Counted from the first letter of the stretch, positions 7,461-17,182 are shown. The stretch: DNA of 64,000 nt from Kiritimatiellia bacterium (GCA_050942875.1 JBMNOD010000005.1:5471-69470), one strand, 5' to 3'. Notes: a model not told the origin generated them from the sequence alone. Numbers and translations: made by a program.

Positions 7461-8446
7461 GCTCCGGCCTCCGCGGCGTAGCGGCGGATGTCGTCCGGCG
7501 TGGCCGTCGCGGTGCCGACTTTGCCGACGACGAAGCCGGCGGCGGTGTTGGCGAACTTCGCGGCGTCGCCGAGCGAGACGCCGGCGCTGGCGGCCAGGGT
7601 GAGCGCGGCGATGACGGTGTCGCCCGCGCCCGAGACGTCGAAGACTTCGCGGGCGACGGTGGGGATTTGCTCGACGGGACGGCCGTTTTCGCCGATGAGC
7701 ATGCCGTCGGCGCCCATGGTCACGACGAGGTGTTCGGGGCGATGTCTTTCGCGGATGTTCGCGAAGACGGCATCTGCCGGGAAGGCGCCGTCGTCGTCAA
7801 GTCCGGCCATTCGCAGCGCCTCGACGCGATTGGGCGTGATGACCGACAGGCCGCTGTACGTGATGCCCGAGCGCGGCTTGGGGTCGAGCGCGATGAACAT
7901 TCCCGCCGGCGCGGCGGCCTGGATCGCGCGGATGGATTCCGTCGTGACGAGTCCTTTGCCGTAGTCGGAGAGGATGACGGCGTCTGCCTCGCGCAGCGCG
8001 GGGGCAAGGATGTTGCGGACGGCGTCGGGAGGGAGGGTGAAATGCTCGGGGCCGGCCTCGCGGTCGAGCCGGCAGATCTGTTGGCGGCGGCAGACGATGC
8101 GCGTCTTGACGATCGTTTCGTGGCGGTCGGAGACGGCGCCGTCGAGGACGTCCACGCCGCCGACGTTGACGACGTCGACGAGGCGGCGTCCGCTCGGATC
8201 GTCGCCGATCCAGCCGAAGAGCGTGGCGTGCCCGCCGAGGGCGGTGATGTTGAGCGCGACGTTGGCGGCGCCGCCGGCGGTGTAGGTTTCATGCGACACC
8301 TTCACGACGGGCACCGGCGCTTCGGGGGAAATGCGCGAGGTGTCGCCCCAGATGTAGTTGTCGAGCATCGCATCGCCGATGACGAGGATGCGCCTGCCTT
8401 GGATGGCCTTCAAAATGGCCTCGAGCGTATCGAGTCTCTGGATCAT
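7457..8446 (-). CDS. hldA: D-beta-D-heptose 7-phosphate kinase (RfaE domain I only, PfkB fold)
   Basis: ILVIGDAMLDNYIWG, RISPEAPVPVV, and the C-terminal DVSGAGDTVIA motif. At 329 aa it has no adenylyltransferase domain. Confidence 0.8.
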   Translation of the reverse strand: MIQRLDTLEAILKAIQGRRILVIGDAMLDNYIWGDTSRISPEAPVPVVKVSHETYTAGGAANVALNITALGGHATLFGWIGDDPSGRRLVDVVNVGGVDVLDGAVSDRHETIVKTRIVCRRQQICRLDREAGPEHFTLPPDAVRNILAPALREADAVILSDYGKGLVTTESIRAIQAAAPAGMFIALDPKPRSGITYSGLSVITPNRVEALRMAGLDDDGAFPADAVFANIRERHRPEHLVVTMGADGMLIGENGRPVEQIPTVAREVFDVSGAGDTVIAALTLAASAGVSLGDAAKFANTAAGFVVGKVGTATATPDDIRRYAAEAGA

Positions 8447-8543
8447 GAGATGAATTGCATCAGTTTTGAAATAATGACTTCATTCTACTGCAAGGCCGCT
8501 GTTGTCGCAAGCAGTTTAGTTTTATCGGCATCGGCTGGATGAT

Positions 8544-8573
8544 GGGTGGGCTCGGGGAACCCACCCACGGGAG
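8544..8573. repeat. 30-nt palindromic element GGGTGGGC.CGGGG..CCCACCCACGGGAG (copy 1 of 3)
   Basis: gggtgggctcggggaacccacccacgggag. Near-identical copies lie at 17183-17212 and 18484-18513. Confidence 0.85.
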
Positions 8574-8657
8574 AGGCTGACGGCGGCGCAGGGTGGCGAT
8601 GGTCTTGCAAAGGACGGGGGACGCCCCCGAACCCGATTCGCGCAGGCCGCATCTCCT

Positions 8658-9293
8658 TCAAGGGCTTTCTCCATTCACATCAAGTTCAGTCGCAACGTAT
8701 TGGGAATGTCCTGCCGATGTTTTTTCGATGCCGACAATGTAGAGCGGACGGTGCTGGGTTTCGATGAGGAAATCAAGCAACTCGGACCGGCACTCCATTG
8801 ATGCGTTGCGATCGATCCAAAGAAATATTCTGAAACTGTCCAATCTTTCTCTGCGCCGTGTAACAAGCTTTTGGAGCAGCTCAAAATAAAAACCAATGTC
8901 GTTGATAAAATAATGGCTGGTTTCACTCACGGCAATATGAAGATCGGTGTTCTGAAAGCTGGTGATTACAACCCCGTTGTCGATCGCGTCGAGCGAAAGC
9001 GTTTTGGTGTGATCGGGATAGGAATTCGCGTAGAAATTCAAGACGTTTGAACCTCGAAACAGGGCGAAGCGCTTTGTGAATTCGTATTGTGCATCTCTCC
9101 GGGCGGCTGGTGTCGGGAAAAGAGCATAGACAAGCGACACCATGAAAACAACGAGCGCCAACGCGAAAATGATCCGCTTGATGCTTCCACGCGAGGAAAA
9201 GGGACTGACAAGCACGGCAACTCCCACAATTGCGGCGGCGATCATGCCGATGATTGCCTTAAGGCGGAATACTGCTTCAGGGCGAATAATCAT
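8658..9293 (-). CDS. Hypothetical membrane protein (211 aa), AT-rich orphan
   Basis: Internal ATG at 9291-9293 of ORF 8658..9806. There are two N-terminal TM helices. Composition is clearly lower in GC than both neighbours, and I recognise no family. Confidence 0.45.
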   Translation of the reverse strand: MIIRPEAVFRLKAIIGMIAAAIVGVAVLVSPFSSRGSIKRIIFALALVVFMVSLVYALFPTPAARRDAQYEFTKRFALFRGSNVLNFYANSYPDHTKTLSLDAIDNGVVITSFQNTDLHIAVSETSHYFINDIGFYFELLQKLVTRRRERLDSFRIFLWIDRNASMECRSELLDFLIETQHRPLYIVGIEKTSAGHSQYVATELDVNGESP

Positions 9294-9361
9294 TTCGTGT
9301 TCCTTTCGTGAAAGGGCGATGCAATCAATGCCGGTGTGGCGACTCTGGCACGCTCCAGCCG

Positions 9362-10087
9362 CTAGCCGCTTGGCTTCCCGATGTCGCCGACGATGATGGA
9401 AGTGGAGCCGGCGTCGGTTTCGACTCGGAGGGCGCCGGTGGCGTCGACGCCGCGGGCGATGCCGGTGGCGTTGTTGATGGAAATGCGCTGGCCGGCCAGC
9501 GCGTCGAGCGCGTTCCAGCGTTCGACGAGGGGGGCGGCGCCTTGCGTTTCGACGACCGCCATCCAGTGGCGGGATCGCGCGATCCAGGCGTCGAGCAGCG
9601 CGTCGCGGTCGTGGAGGCGTCCGGACTCCGCCGCGAGCGAGGAGGCGGGGTAGACGGGGCGTTCGGGCAAGTCCTGGGGCAGGGTGTTGACATTGACGCC
9701 GAGCCCCGCGACGACGACGGGGGCGTCGGCGTCGCCGGTGTTCGGCGAGGCTTCGCAGAGGATGCCGGCGACTTTGCGGTCGTTGACGAGGACGTCGTTC
9801 GGCCACTTGAGGCCGGCGGCGAGGCCGGTGGCGGCGCGGATCGCCTCGGCCGCCGCCACGCCGACGAGCAGCGAGAGCCGGGGCAGCTCGCCGAGGGGGA
9901 GGGCGGGGCGGAGGATCATGGAGGCGTAGAGCCCGACGCCGGGGGGCGACTGCCAGGCGCGGCCGTTGCGGCCGCGCCCGGCGGATTGCGCATCCGCCAC
10001 GACGACGGTGAACGCCGCCGCGCCTTCTGCCGCGAGGCGCAGGGCCTCGTCGTTGGTGGAGGGGAGCGCGTCGTGGCGGAGGATCAT
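9362..10087 (-). CDS. birA: Biotin--[acetyl-CoA-carboxylase] ligase (no N-terminal HTH)
   Basis: Internal ATG at 10085-10087. Motifs: QSAGRGRNGRAWQSPPG and KWPNDVLVNDRKVAGIL. Confidence 0.8.
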   Translation of the reverse strand: MILRHDALPSTNDEALRLAAEGAAAFTVVVADAQSAGRGRNGRAWQSPPGVGLYASMILRPALPLGELPRLSLLVGVAAAEAIRAATGLAAGLKWPNDVLVNDRKVAGILCEASPNTGDADAPVVVAGLGVNVNTLPQDLPERPVYPASSLAAESGRLHDRDALLDAWIARSRHWMAVVETQGAAPLVERWNALDALAGQRISINNATGIARGVDATGALRVETDAGSTSIIVGDIGKPSG

Positions 10088-10091
10088 GGCC

Positions 10092-13000
10092 TTACTGGAT
10101 GCGGAGCTTGAACGTCTTGAGCTCGAACGGGCGGAAGGCGATCGTGGCGGGCGCGGGGAGCGGCTTGCCGATGTCGGTCCATTCCGAGGTGGGGCATTCG
10201 ACGAACGACGCGCCCTTGTCGGTGGCGGAGAGGACGCCGACGGCCTTGCGCCCGCGGCGTTCGGCGAGGCGGACGACGAGGCAGTCTTCCTTTTCGGCGC
10301 GCTTGAGGACGGCGAGTTCGACGCCGTCGCCCTCGAAGGCGACGGGCAGGCGCGCGGCGTCGCCGACGGCCTTGCCGAGGAATGTTTCGAGCCCCTGGTT
10401 GAGGATCGAGGCGGAGGCGACGACGTCATCGCTTGCGGCCAGCCCGCCGACGTGCGGCAGGAGGCTGTAGGTGAAGTGATGCTGGCCGACGTCGCAAACC
10501 GGATCCGGATGCGTCGGTGCGCGGAGCAACGAGAGCGACAGGACGTTGCCTTTGACGCGGTAGCCGTATTTGCTGTCGTTGAGCAGCGCCACGCCCCGAT
10601 CGGGCTCGGAGAGGTCGGCGTAGCGGTGGCCGACGACTTCGAACTGGGCGTACTGCCAGCGTGTGTTGTCGTGCGTGTCGCGCTCGCAGGTGGCGTAGGG
10701 GATCTCGAAGCTGGCCTTCTGGGCGCGGACGGCGACCGGGAAGGAGACGCGGGCGAGCTTGTGCTTTTCCTTCCAGTCCACGTTGGTGACGAAGTCGAGG
10801 CGCTTGCCGCAGCGGCCGAGCCAGGCGGTCTGGAGGAAGGTGCTTTCGCCCAGCTTCATGACGGCCATGACGCCGGAGCGGACGGGGCCGTCGATGCGTT
10901 CGATGGTGAGGATCTTCGGCTCGGCGGTCTTCATGTCGTCGGCGTATTCCTCGTAGTCCCAGGCGTCGTAGACGGTCGGGTAGTCGTCGAAGAGCTCGAT
11001 GGCGTTGCCGAACTGGCCTTCGGGGATGAACTCGGCGTTGAGGGTCTTGTCGAAGCAGGAGACGACGCGCATCTGCGAGTCGATCACGTAGCGCACCTCG
11101 TCGTTTTCCAGGACGGCGGCGCCGTTGATGGACGCCGTTTCGGCGGCGGCCGGTTCGTCGCTTGAGAGGGCGAGCGTGACGAAGCCGCGGGCGGGGACGT
11201 CGACCCAGGCGACGTAGTCGTCGGCCTCGCGCTGGACGGGGAGGTCGGCGCCGTCGAGAGCCGCTTTCCTCCAGTTTTCGGGCAGCGTGATGGTTCCGGA
11301 GAACGGGGTGGACGAGGGGTTGAAGAGCGTGAGCGCCTTGTCGTCGTCGGCGAGGAGCGTGGCGGCGGCTTCGTCCTGGAGGCGTTTGCAGGTGGCGACG
11401 ACGTCCTGGAGCGCCGGGACGTGTTCCTGGTAGACGCGGTGGATGGAGGAGCCGGGGATGATGTCGTGGAAGTGTCCGTAGAGGACGGTTTGCCAGAGCG
11501 TGTTGAACGCCTCGGCGGGGTACGTGTCGATGTCGGCGGCGGCGCAGAGCATTTCGGCGGCGCGCAGCGCCTCTTCGGCGCGGCGGTTCCAGCGCTTCAT
11601 CGCGGCTTGCGACGTGAGCGTGGCGCGGTGCATTTCGAGGTAGAGCTCGCCGATCCAGGTGTCGAGCTCGTCGCGCTTGGTCGCCATGCGTTCGAGGACG
11701 TCCTGTGCGAAGGAGAAATGGAAGCGCGGGCAGCCGTTGAGGTTGTGGCAGCGCAGGGCGCGCTCGACGTGCTCTTCCTTGGGGCCGCCGCCGCCATTGC
11801 CGATGCCGTAGAGGCAGATGGCGTCGTCGATGAGTCCCGCTTCGCTGTTGTTTGTCTCATGTTTGCGAAGCTGGCTTGGCTTGACCTGGCTGTTGTAGTC
11901 GTCTTCGGGCGGGAAGTGCGCGAGCACCTCGCTGCCGTCGACGCCCTGCCAGATGAAGGTGTTGTGGGGGAATTTGTTGTGGCGGTTCCAGGAAATCTTC
12001 TGCGTGAGGAAGAAGTCGACGCCGGCCGTTTTGATGATTTGCGGCAGGTTGGCGGAGTAGCCGAAGACGTCGGGGATCCAGATGTTCTTGACTTCGACGC
12101 CGAACTCGTCGCGGAAGAAGTTGCGGCCGAGGAGGATCTGGCGGACGAGCGATTCGCCGGAGGGGATGTTGCAGTCGGCTTCGACCCACATGCCGCCCTG
12201 GAGTTCCCAGTTGCCGTCTGCGACGGCTTGCTTGACCTTCTCGTAGAGGGCGGGGTAGTGCTCCTTGCAGTAGAGGTAGAGCTGGGGCTGTGAGGCGCCG
12301 AACTTGTAGCCCGGGTAGCGTTCGATGAGGCCGATCTGGCTGGCGAAGGTGCGGGCGACCTTGCGGACGGTCTCGCGTTCGGGCCAGAGCCAGGCGGTGT
12401 CGATGTGGGCGTGGCCAATGCCGCCCACGTCGAGCGTGGCGGGGTCGGTGGGGAGTTCGAAGACGGGGCGAAGCGCTTCGCGCGCGGCGGCGGCGCCGCC
12501 GCGCTCCGGTGGAAGGGAGTCAAGCGCACGGCTGGCGATGCGGAGCACCTGCATGCGGCGGGCGGCGCCAGGGGCGAGGGTCTCGACGAGGTCGATGACG
12601 ACCTCGAGGTCGAGGCGAAGCTGCCACTTGTCGTAGTCGAAGCGGCAAATGCGCATGCGTTTGATCTCGGCGTTGAAGTGGCCGTGAACATCTTCGGGGC
12701 GTTCCACCCATGCCGGGTCTCCCGGACGGTTGACGCCGAAGAGGCCGTTCGCGCCCGTCTCCACCCAATAGTCAATCTTTTCGCCGCCTTGGCAGGACTT
12801 GGCGACATGCACCATGTCCTTGTTGTAGGCGGCATCGAAGACCGAGCCGGTGGTCAGCCCGACCAGCGGGCATCCCTCGGCGTCATAGACGAGGGCTTCG
12901 CCCGTGAAGTCGAGGTTGAGCGTGACGCAGGCCCCTTTCCACGCTGCAGGCACTTCGCCGGTGATATGGAACCAGCCGCAATCCCACGTGGCGCCCCACT

Positions 13001-13178
13001 TGGCGCCGACGGTGATCGGGCTGTAGGGGAGTTCGAGCCGACGGGCGTAGGGAACGGGCTCGGGCGTGACGGAGCAGACGGCCGAAAGCGGCGCGGTTTC
13101 GATGATGATTTCGCGGGCGAGGCGATTGTAGACCTCTTTAAGTCGCGCGATGTGAATGTCGGGATAGAAGTGTGCCAT
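10092..13178 (-). CDS. GH38 alpha-mannosidase
   Basis: 1028 aa. The GHAHIDTAWLWP motif and overall architecture are typical of cytosolic GH38 (MngB-like) enzymes. Confidence 0.8.
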   Translation of the reverse strand: MAHFYPDIHIARLKEVYNRLAREIIIETAPLSAVCSVTPEPVPYARRLELPYSPITVGAKWGATWDCGWFHITGEVPAAWKGACVTLNLDFTGEALVYDAEGCPLVGLTTGSVFDAAYNKDMVHVAKSCQGGEKIDYWVETGANGLFGVNRPGDPAWVERPEDVHGHFNAEIKRMRICRFDYDKWQLRLDLEVVIDLVETLAPGAARRMQVLRIASRALDSLPPERGGAAAAREALRPVFELPTDPATLDVGGIGHAHIDTAWLWPERETVRKVARTFASQIGLIERYPGYKFGASQPQLYLYCKEHYPALYEKVKQAVADGNWELQGGMWVEADCNIPSGESLVRQILLGRNFFRDEFGVEVKNIWIPDVFGYSANLPQIIKTAGVDFFLTQKISWNRHNKFPHNTFIWQGVDGSEVLAHFPPEDDYNSQVKPSQLRKHETNNSEAGLIDDAICLYGIGNGGGGPKEEHVERALRCHNLNGCPRFHFSFAQDVLERMATKRDELDTWIGELYLEMHRATLTSQAAMKRWNRRAEEALRAAEMLCAAADIDTYPAEAFNTLWQTVLYGHFHDIIPGSSIHRVYQEHVPALQDVVATCKRLQDEAAATLLADDDKALTLFNPSSTPFSGTITLPENWRKAALDGADLPVQREADDYVAWVDVPARGFVTLALSSDEPAAAETASINGAAVLENDEVRYVIDSQMRVVSCFDKTLNAEFIPEGQFGNAIELFDDYPTVYDAWDYEEYADDMKTAEPKILTIERIDGPVRSGVMAVMKLGESTFLQTAWLGRCGKRLDFVTNVDWKEKHKLARVSFPVAVRAQKASFEIPYATCERDTHDNTRWQYAQFEVVGHRYADLSEPDRGVALLNDSKYGYRVKGNVLSLSLLRAPTHPDPVCDVGQHHFTYSLLPHVGGLAASDDVVASASILNQGLETFLGKAVGDAARLPVAFEGDGVELAVLKRAEKEDCLVVRLAERRGRKAVGVLSATDKGASFVECPTSEWTDIGKPLPAPATIAFRPFELKTFKLRIQ

Positions 13179-13314
13179 GTCAGGTCAGTGGGGTTGTGAT
13201 GGGGTGAACGAAACTGCGCCGATTCGGAGCAAAGTTGTGAGAGCAAAAAGCTTTTAGATAGCCGCCTAGACGCTTGCTCGCGTCAATGGGCTTCCAGGAG
13301 CCCCAGTCGGCTCG

Positions 13315-14106
13315 CTAGATGCTCAGCGAGACGTGGGCGCCGAGGACCGTGTCGGTCCGTTCGACGTCTTCGTTGGGCTGGGAGTCGTGATCGACCGTCA
13401 GCGTGACGCCGAGCGACATCCGATCCGTCAGTGCGGATTCGATCCCGACTTCGAATGCGACGAGGGTGTTGTCGAAGTCGGCCGGCTCGGGCGTGACTTC
13501 GATTTTCTCCCAGACGGTCACGGTGTCGGTGGGCTTCCAGTCGAGCCGCTGGCCGAAACGGAGGGCAAAATAATCTTCGTCCTTGAGGGCGCGCTCGGAG
13601 ACGTGCGCGACACCGGCGTCGACCGAAAACTTGAAGGCATCGCTGTCGGCGAGGAAGGTGCCCAAACCAACGCTGGCCACGTTGCGGAGTTTGATTTCGG
13701 CGATGGCGTCGTGCTGGGCGAGTTCGTCGGCGTAGATGTAGAAGCCGTCGAAGCGCTGTTTGACGTTGGCGTTGAACTTCGCATTGCCTTCGGTCTGCTC
13801 GTCGCTTTCAACGCCTTCCGAGTCGGTCGTCGTGTTCTGGGCGTAGTTGCCTTCGAGCATCATGGCGAAGATGGTTTCATGAGCCGTGATGCCGGATTCG
13901 ATCCGTCCCGAATAGGCGTCGGACTCCGTGTTGCCGGATTTCATCGAAAAACCGAATGAGAGTTTTGTCGCCCAGCTTGGCGCGGCTTCCAGGACTTCGG
14001 GATCCGGATCGGGCGGCGGCATGGCGACTTGGGCGAACAGGGGGGTGGCGGTCATGATCATGCCGACCATCAGGGCGGCGGCGAAGCGTTCTGCTTGGAA
14101 TTTCAT
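13315..14106 (-). CDS. DUF481-family outer-membrane beta-barrel protein
   Basis: Start at ATG 14104-14106 (MKFQAERFAAALMVGMIMTATPLFAQ signal). The sequence has an alternating beta-strand pattern with GN(T/A)E and YxxxxxN-type DUF481 repeats. Confidence 0.6.
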   Translation of the reverse strand: MKFQAERFAAALMVGMIMTATPLFAQVAMPPPDPDPEVLEAAPSWATKLSFGFSMKSGNTESDAYSGRIESGITAHETIFAMMLEGNYAQNTTTDSEGVESDEQTEGNAKFNANVKQRFDGFYIYADELAQHDAIAEIKLRNVASVGLGTFLADSDAFKFSVDAGVAHVSERALKDEDYFALRFGQRLDWKPTDTVTVWEKIEVTPEPADFDNTLVAFEVGIESALTDRMSLGVTLTVDHDSQPNEDVERTDTVLGAHVSLSI

Positions 14107-14261
14107 GTAGGCTCCGTTTGCACATCGATGTGCAGGACAGGGGTGCGTGACAAGGTGTCTTTTTGGCGCTTGATTGTATAGCAACCCTTGCCTGAGATGC
14201 AACCTTTGAATTTCCTAGACCCGGGTGAGGGCGAAGCCTCGCCCGTGCGACATTGGGGGTG

Positions 14262-14340
14262 GCAGGGTGGCGAAACGCGGCGGGGACGCCGCGCCCACTT
14301 TGCGGCGCGAAAATGCTGATCGGTCTGATCCGACTGAGCA
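14262..14340. repeat. Second copy of the REP-like element with hairpin ACGCGGCG-GGGA-CGCCGCG (14275-14293)
   Basis: Aligns with 3341-3425 (see that entry). Confidence 0.8.
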
Positions 14341-14480
14341 TGCGTGCTCGTTCAACGGCCGCGTTGCTCGATCCCGACAGCGATGCCCTACGGCAACTCC
14401 CGCACTCCCGACTTGCGACCCCATCACACCTGAACCCTGACTCCGGGGTGAGCGCAACACTGTTGAAGCGAAACAGGATA

Positions 14481-14509
14481 TTGACTTGGAACTGAAAAAT
14501 CGCTATAGT
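14481..14509 (+). promoter_or_regulatory. Sigma-70-type promoter TTGACT-17-TATAGT for the ilv leader
   Basis: ttgact (14481-14486), a 17-nt spacer, and tatagt (14504-14509). It lies 9 nt upstream of the leader ATG. Confidence 0.55.
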
Positions 14510-14517
14510 AGCGCCTC

Positions 14518-14655
14518 ATGAGCACCAGAAACGCCAGTCTCGGCGGGAACATTCCCGGCATCGCGCGCCCTCGGGGGTTGCGTGGTCTGGGTCGTGTCGT
14601 CCTTGTCGTCGTACCCGGGGCGGGCGTTTCGGTCGAGGCGCTGCCAGCGGACTAA
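14518..14655 (+). CDS. Putative ilvBN leader peptide (45 aa) with Val/Leu run RVVLVVV
   Basis: Hand translation gives MSTRNASLGGNIPGIARPRGLRGLGRVVLVVVPGAGVSVEALPAD*. The regulatory codons are at 14596-14613. It is followed by a terminator-like hairpin and a T run before ilvB. Confidence 0.5.
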   Translation: MSTRNASLGGNIPGIARPRGLRGLGRVVLVVVPGAGVSVEALPAD

Positions 14656-14681
14656 TCCCCCGTTGCAGCATCTCAAGGCAC

Positions 14682-14727
14682 CCACGAACCGCCCGCCCCG
14701 CACGCAGAGAGGGCTGGGTGGTTTTTT
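14682..14727 (+). terminator. Candidate attenuator terminator (imperfect GC stem + T6)
   Basis: 5' arm ccacgaaccgccc (14682-14694) pairs with 3' arm gggctgggtgg (14711-14721), with bulges, followed by tttttt at 14722-14727. Segment 14690-14700 is perfectly complementary to 14616-26. Confidence 0.45.
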
Positions 14728-14802
14728 CATTTCAAGGCACATTCACATTTCAGCATCAGGACAACATCAAGGCAAATCCCGCCAGAAAAGAGCAGGAACA
14801 CG

Positions 14803-16566
14803 ATGACACGAAAAACGAAGAACACAAGCGAACCGGAGTCCATTCGCACCGGCGCGCGCTGCCTGATCGAAGGGCTCGAGCGCGCGGGCTGCAAGACGGT
14901 TTTCGCCTATCCCGGCGGCGCGATCCTCGACGTCTTCCACGAGCTCGCGAGCTCGTCCCTGAACGTCGTGCTGCCGCGCCACGAGCAGGGCGCGGCGCAC
15001 ATGGCCGACGCCTTCGCGCGCGCGGCGGGCGAGGTCGGCTGCTGCATCGTGACGTCCGGCCCGGGCGCCACGAACACGGTGACGGGGCTGGCCACGGCGA
15101 ACATGGACGGCATCCCGATGGTCTGCATCACCGGCCAGGTGAGCACGGCCGTCATCGGCAACGACGCCTTCCAGGAGGCGGACATCTGCGGCGTGACGCG
15201 GCCGATCACCAAGCACAACTTCCTGGTGAACGACGTGAACGACCTGCCCCGCATCATGGTCGAGGCGTTCCACATCGCGCGGACGGGCAAGCCGGGGCCG
15301 GTGCTCATCGACCTGCCGAAGAACGTGCAGGTCGCCAGGACGGCGGTGCCGTTCCCGGAGGGCTTCCAGCGTCCGGGCTACCGGCCTTCCTTCGAGGGGC
15401 ATCCGAAGATGATCGAGCGGCTGGCCGCGATGATCAACGGCGCCCACAAGCCGCTGCTCTACGTGGGGGGCGGCGTCATCGCCGCCGATGCGTCGGATCT
15501 CGTGCGCGAGCTGGCGTTCAAGGCCGACATCCCGGTGGCCACGACGCTGCTCGGGCTCGGCGCGTTCCCGGAGACGGAGGCGCTGTCGCTGGGCATGCTG
15601 GGCATGCACGGGATGATCGCCGCGAACAAGGCGGTGAAGGCGTGCGACTTGCTCTTCTGCGTGGGCGCGCGCTTCGACGACCGCGTGACGGGCAAGATTT
15701 CGGCGTTCGCCCCGAACGCGAAGATCGCGCATGTCGATATCGACCCCTCGTGCATCGGCAAGAGCGTCCGCTGCGACCTGCCGGTCGTGGGTCATGCGCG
15801 CGCGATCCTCGAAGCGCTGCTTCCGATGGTGGGCGCGGCGAAGCGCCCCAACTGGATCGCGCAGTGCGTCAAGTGGAAGGAGGAGGATCCGTTCACCTAC
15901 GATCCTTCGCCCTCGGGCGCGATCATGCCGCAGTACGTCGTCGAGCAGGTGTACGAGGCCAGCCGCGGCGAGGCGCTCATCGCCACCGACGTGGGCCAGA
16001 ACCAGATGTGGTCGGCGCAGTACTTCAGGCACAGCCGCCCGCGCCATTTCCTGAGCTCGGGCGGGCTGGGGACGATGGGCTTCGGCGTGCCGGCCGTGAT
16101 CGGCGCGCAGTTCGGCCGTCCGGACGCGCTGTGCGTCTGCATCACGGGCGACGGCGGCTTCCAGATGAACGCGCAGGAGCTTGTCGTGGCCGTGGAGCAC
16201 CAGCTTCCCGTGAAGATCGTCATCCTCAACAACGGCTACCTCGGCAACGTGCGCCAGTGGCAGGACATGTTCTACAACCGCACGCATTCCGCGGTCGTGC
16301 TGACGCAGACGAACCGGCCGGCCAACGAGAACATCCCGCCCAAGCCGGCGGACGCCCCGTATCTGCCGGACTTCGTGATGCTGGCCAACGCCCACGGCAT
16401 GAAGGCGCGGCGGGTGTCCAAAATCGAGGACGTGCGCCCCGCGCTCGACGAGGTGTTCGCCAGCCCGGAGCCGTGGGTGGTCGAGTTCGTCGTCGAGCCC
16501 AACGCGAACGTCATGCCGATGATTCCGCCGGGAGCCACGGTGGACGAGACGATCCGCAAATGCTAA
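14803..16566 (+). CDS. ilvB: Acetolactate synthase large (catalytic) subunit
   Basis: 587 aa, ThDP enzyme motifs (FAYPGGAILDVF, GPGATN, GLGTMGFGVPAVIGAQ, GDGGFQMN). Confidence 0.92.
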   Translation: MTRKTKNTSEPESIRTGARCLIEGLERAGCKTVFAYPGGAILDVFHELASSSLNVVLPRHEQGAAHMADAFARAAGEVGCCIVTSGPGATNTVTGLATANMDGIPMVCITGQVSTAVIGNDAFQEADICGVTRPITKHNFLVNDVNDLPRIMVEAFHIARTGKPGPVLIDLPKNVQVARTAVPFPEGFQRPGYRPSFEGHPKMIERLAAMINGAHKPLLYVGGGVIAADASDLVRELAFKADIPVATTLLGLGAFPETEALSLGMLGMHGMIAANKAVKACDLLFCVGARFDDRVTGKISAFAPNAKIAHVDIDPSCIGKSVRCDLPVVGHARAILEALLPMVGAAKRPNWIAQCVKWKEEDPFTYDPSPSGAIMPQYVVEQVYEASRGEALIATDVGQNQMWSAQYFRHSRPRHFLSSGGLGTMGFGVPAVIGAQFGRPDALCVCITGDGGFQMNAQELVVAVEHQLPVKIVILNNGYLGNVRQWQDMFYNRTHSAVVLTQTNRPANENIPPKPADAPYLPDFVMLANAHGMKARRVSKIEDVRPALDEVFASPEPWVVEFVVEPNANVMPMIPPGATVDETIRKC

Positions 16567-16588
16567 CGCCAGGAAAGGAGTTCCCATC

Positions 16589-17065
16589 ATGATTCACATC
16601 ATCAATGCCACAGTCGAAAACCAGCCGGGCGTGCTGTCGCGAATCGTCGGCCTTTTCTCGGGCCGCGGCTACAACATCGAGACCCTCAACGTCGGCCCCT
16701 GCGCCGACCCGACGCTCTCGCGCATGACCATCACCGTGCCCGGGGACGAGAAGGTCCTCGAGCAGGTGGTCAAGCAGCTCAACAAGCTCGTCGACGTCAT
16801 TCGCGTGAACAACATGACGAGCGTGGACCATCTCGAACGCGAGCTGATCCTCGTCGAAGTCGGCGCGCCCAAGGGCAAGCGCGGGGAGGTCCTCGAACTC
16901 GTGACGATGTTCAAGGCCGAGGTCGTCCGCGTCCGCGCCAATTCGATGACGATCCAGTACGTGGGCCCCGCCATGCTGGTGGACGATTTCCTGAAGCTCC
17001 TCCGCCCCTACACGATCCTCGATCTCGCCCGCAGCGGCCTGATCGCGGTGGCGGCTAGCCGCTAG
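16589..17065 (+). CDS. ilvN: Acetolactate synthase small (regulatory) subunit
   Basis: ACT domain start (IINATVENQPGVLSRIVGLFSGRGYNIETLNVG). It lies immediately after ilvB. Confidence 0.9.
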   Translation: MIHIINATVENQPGVLSRIVGLFSGRGYNIETLNVGPCADPTLSRMTITVPGDEKVLEQVVKQLNKLVDVIRVNNMTSVDHLERELILVEVGAPKGKRGEVLELVTMFKAEVVRVRANSMTIQYVGPAMLVDDFLKLLRPYTILDLARSGLIAVAASR

Positions 17066-17107
17066 CGGGCTAGGGGCTAGGAAGTCCAAAGTCCAAAGTC
17101 CAAGGTC
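17055..17107. repeat. CTAG array (17055, 17062, 17070, 17077) followed by GTCCAAA/GTCCAAG heptamers (17084-17104)
   Basis: Read directly. The ilvN stop TAG (17063-17065) is the second CTAG. Confidence 0.9.
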
Positions 17108-17182
17108 TGCCGCAGGGCGGCTTGGTCGCGGGCTTGGGCGCGAGCTTTGCTGGATCTTCTGATAAGCCCGTGCTTGACCTTT

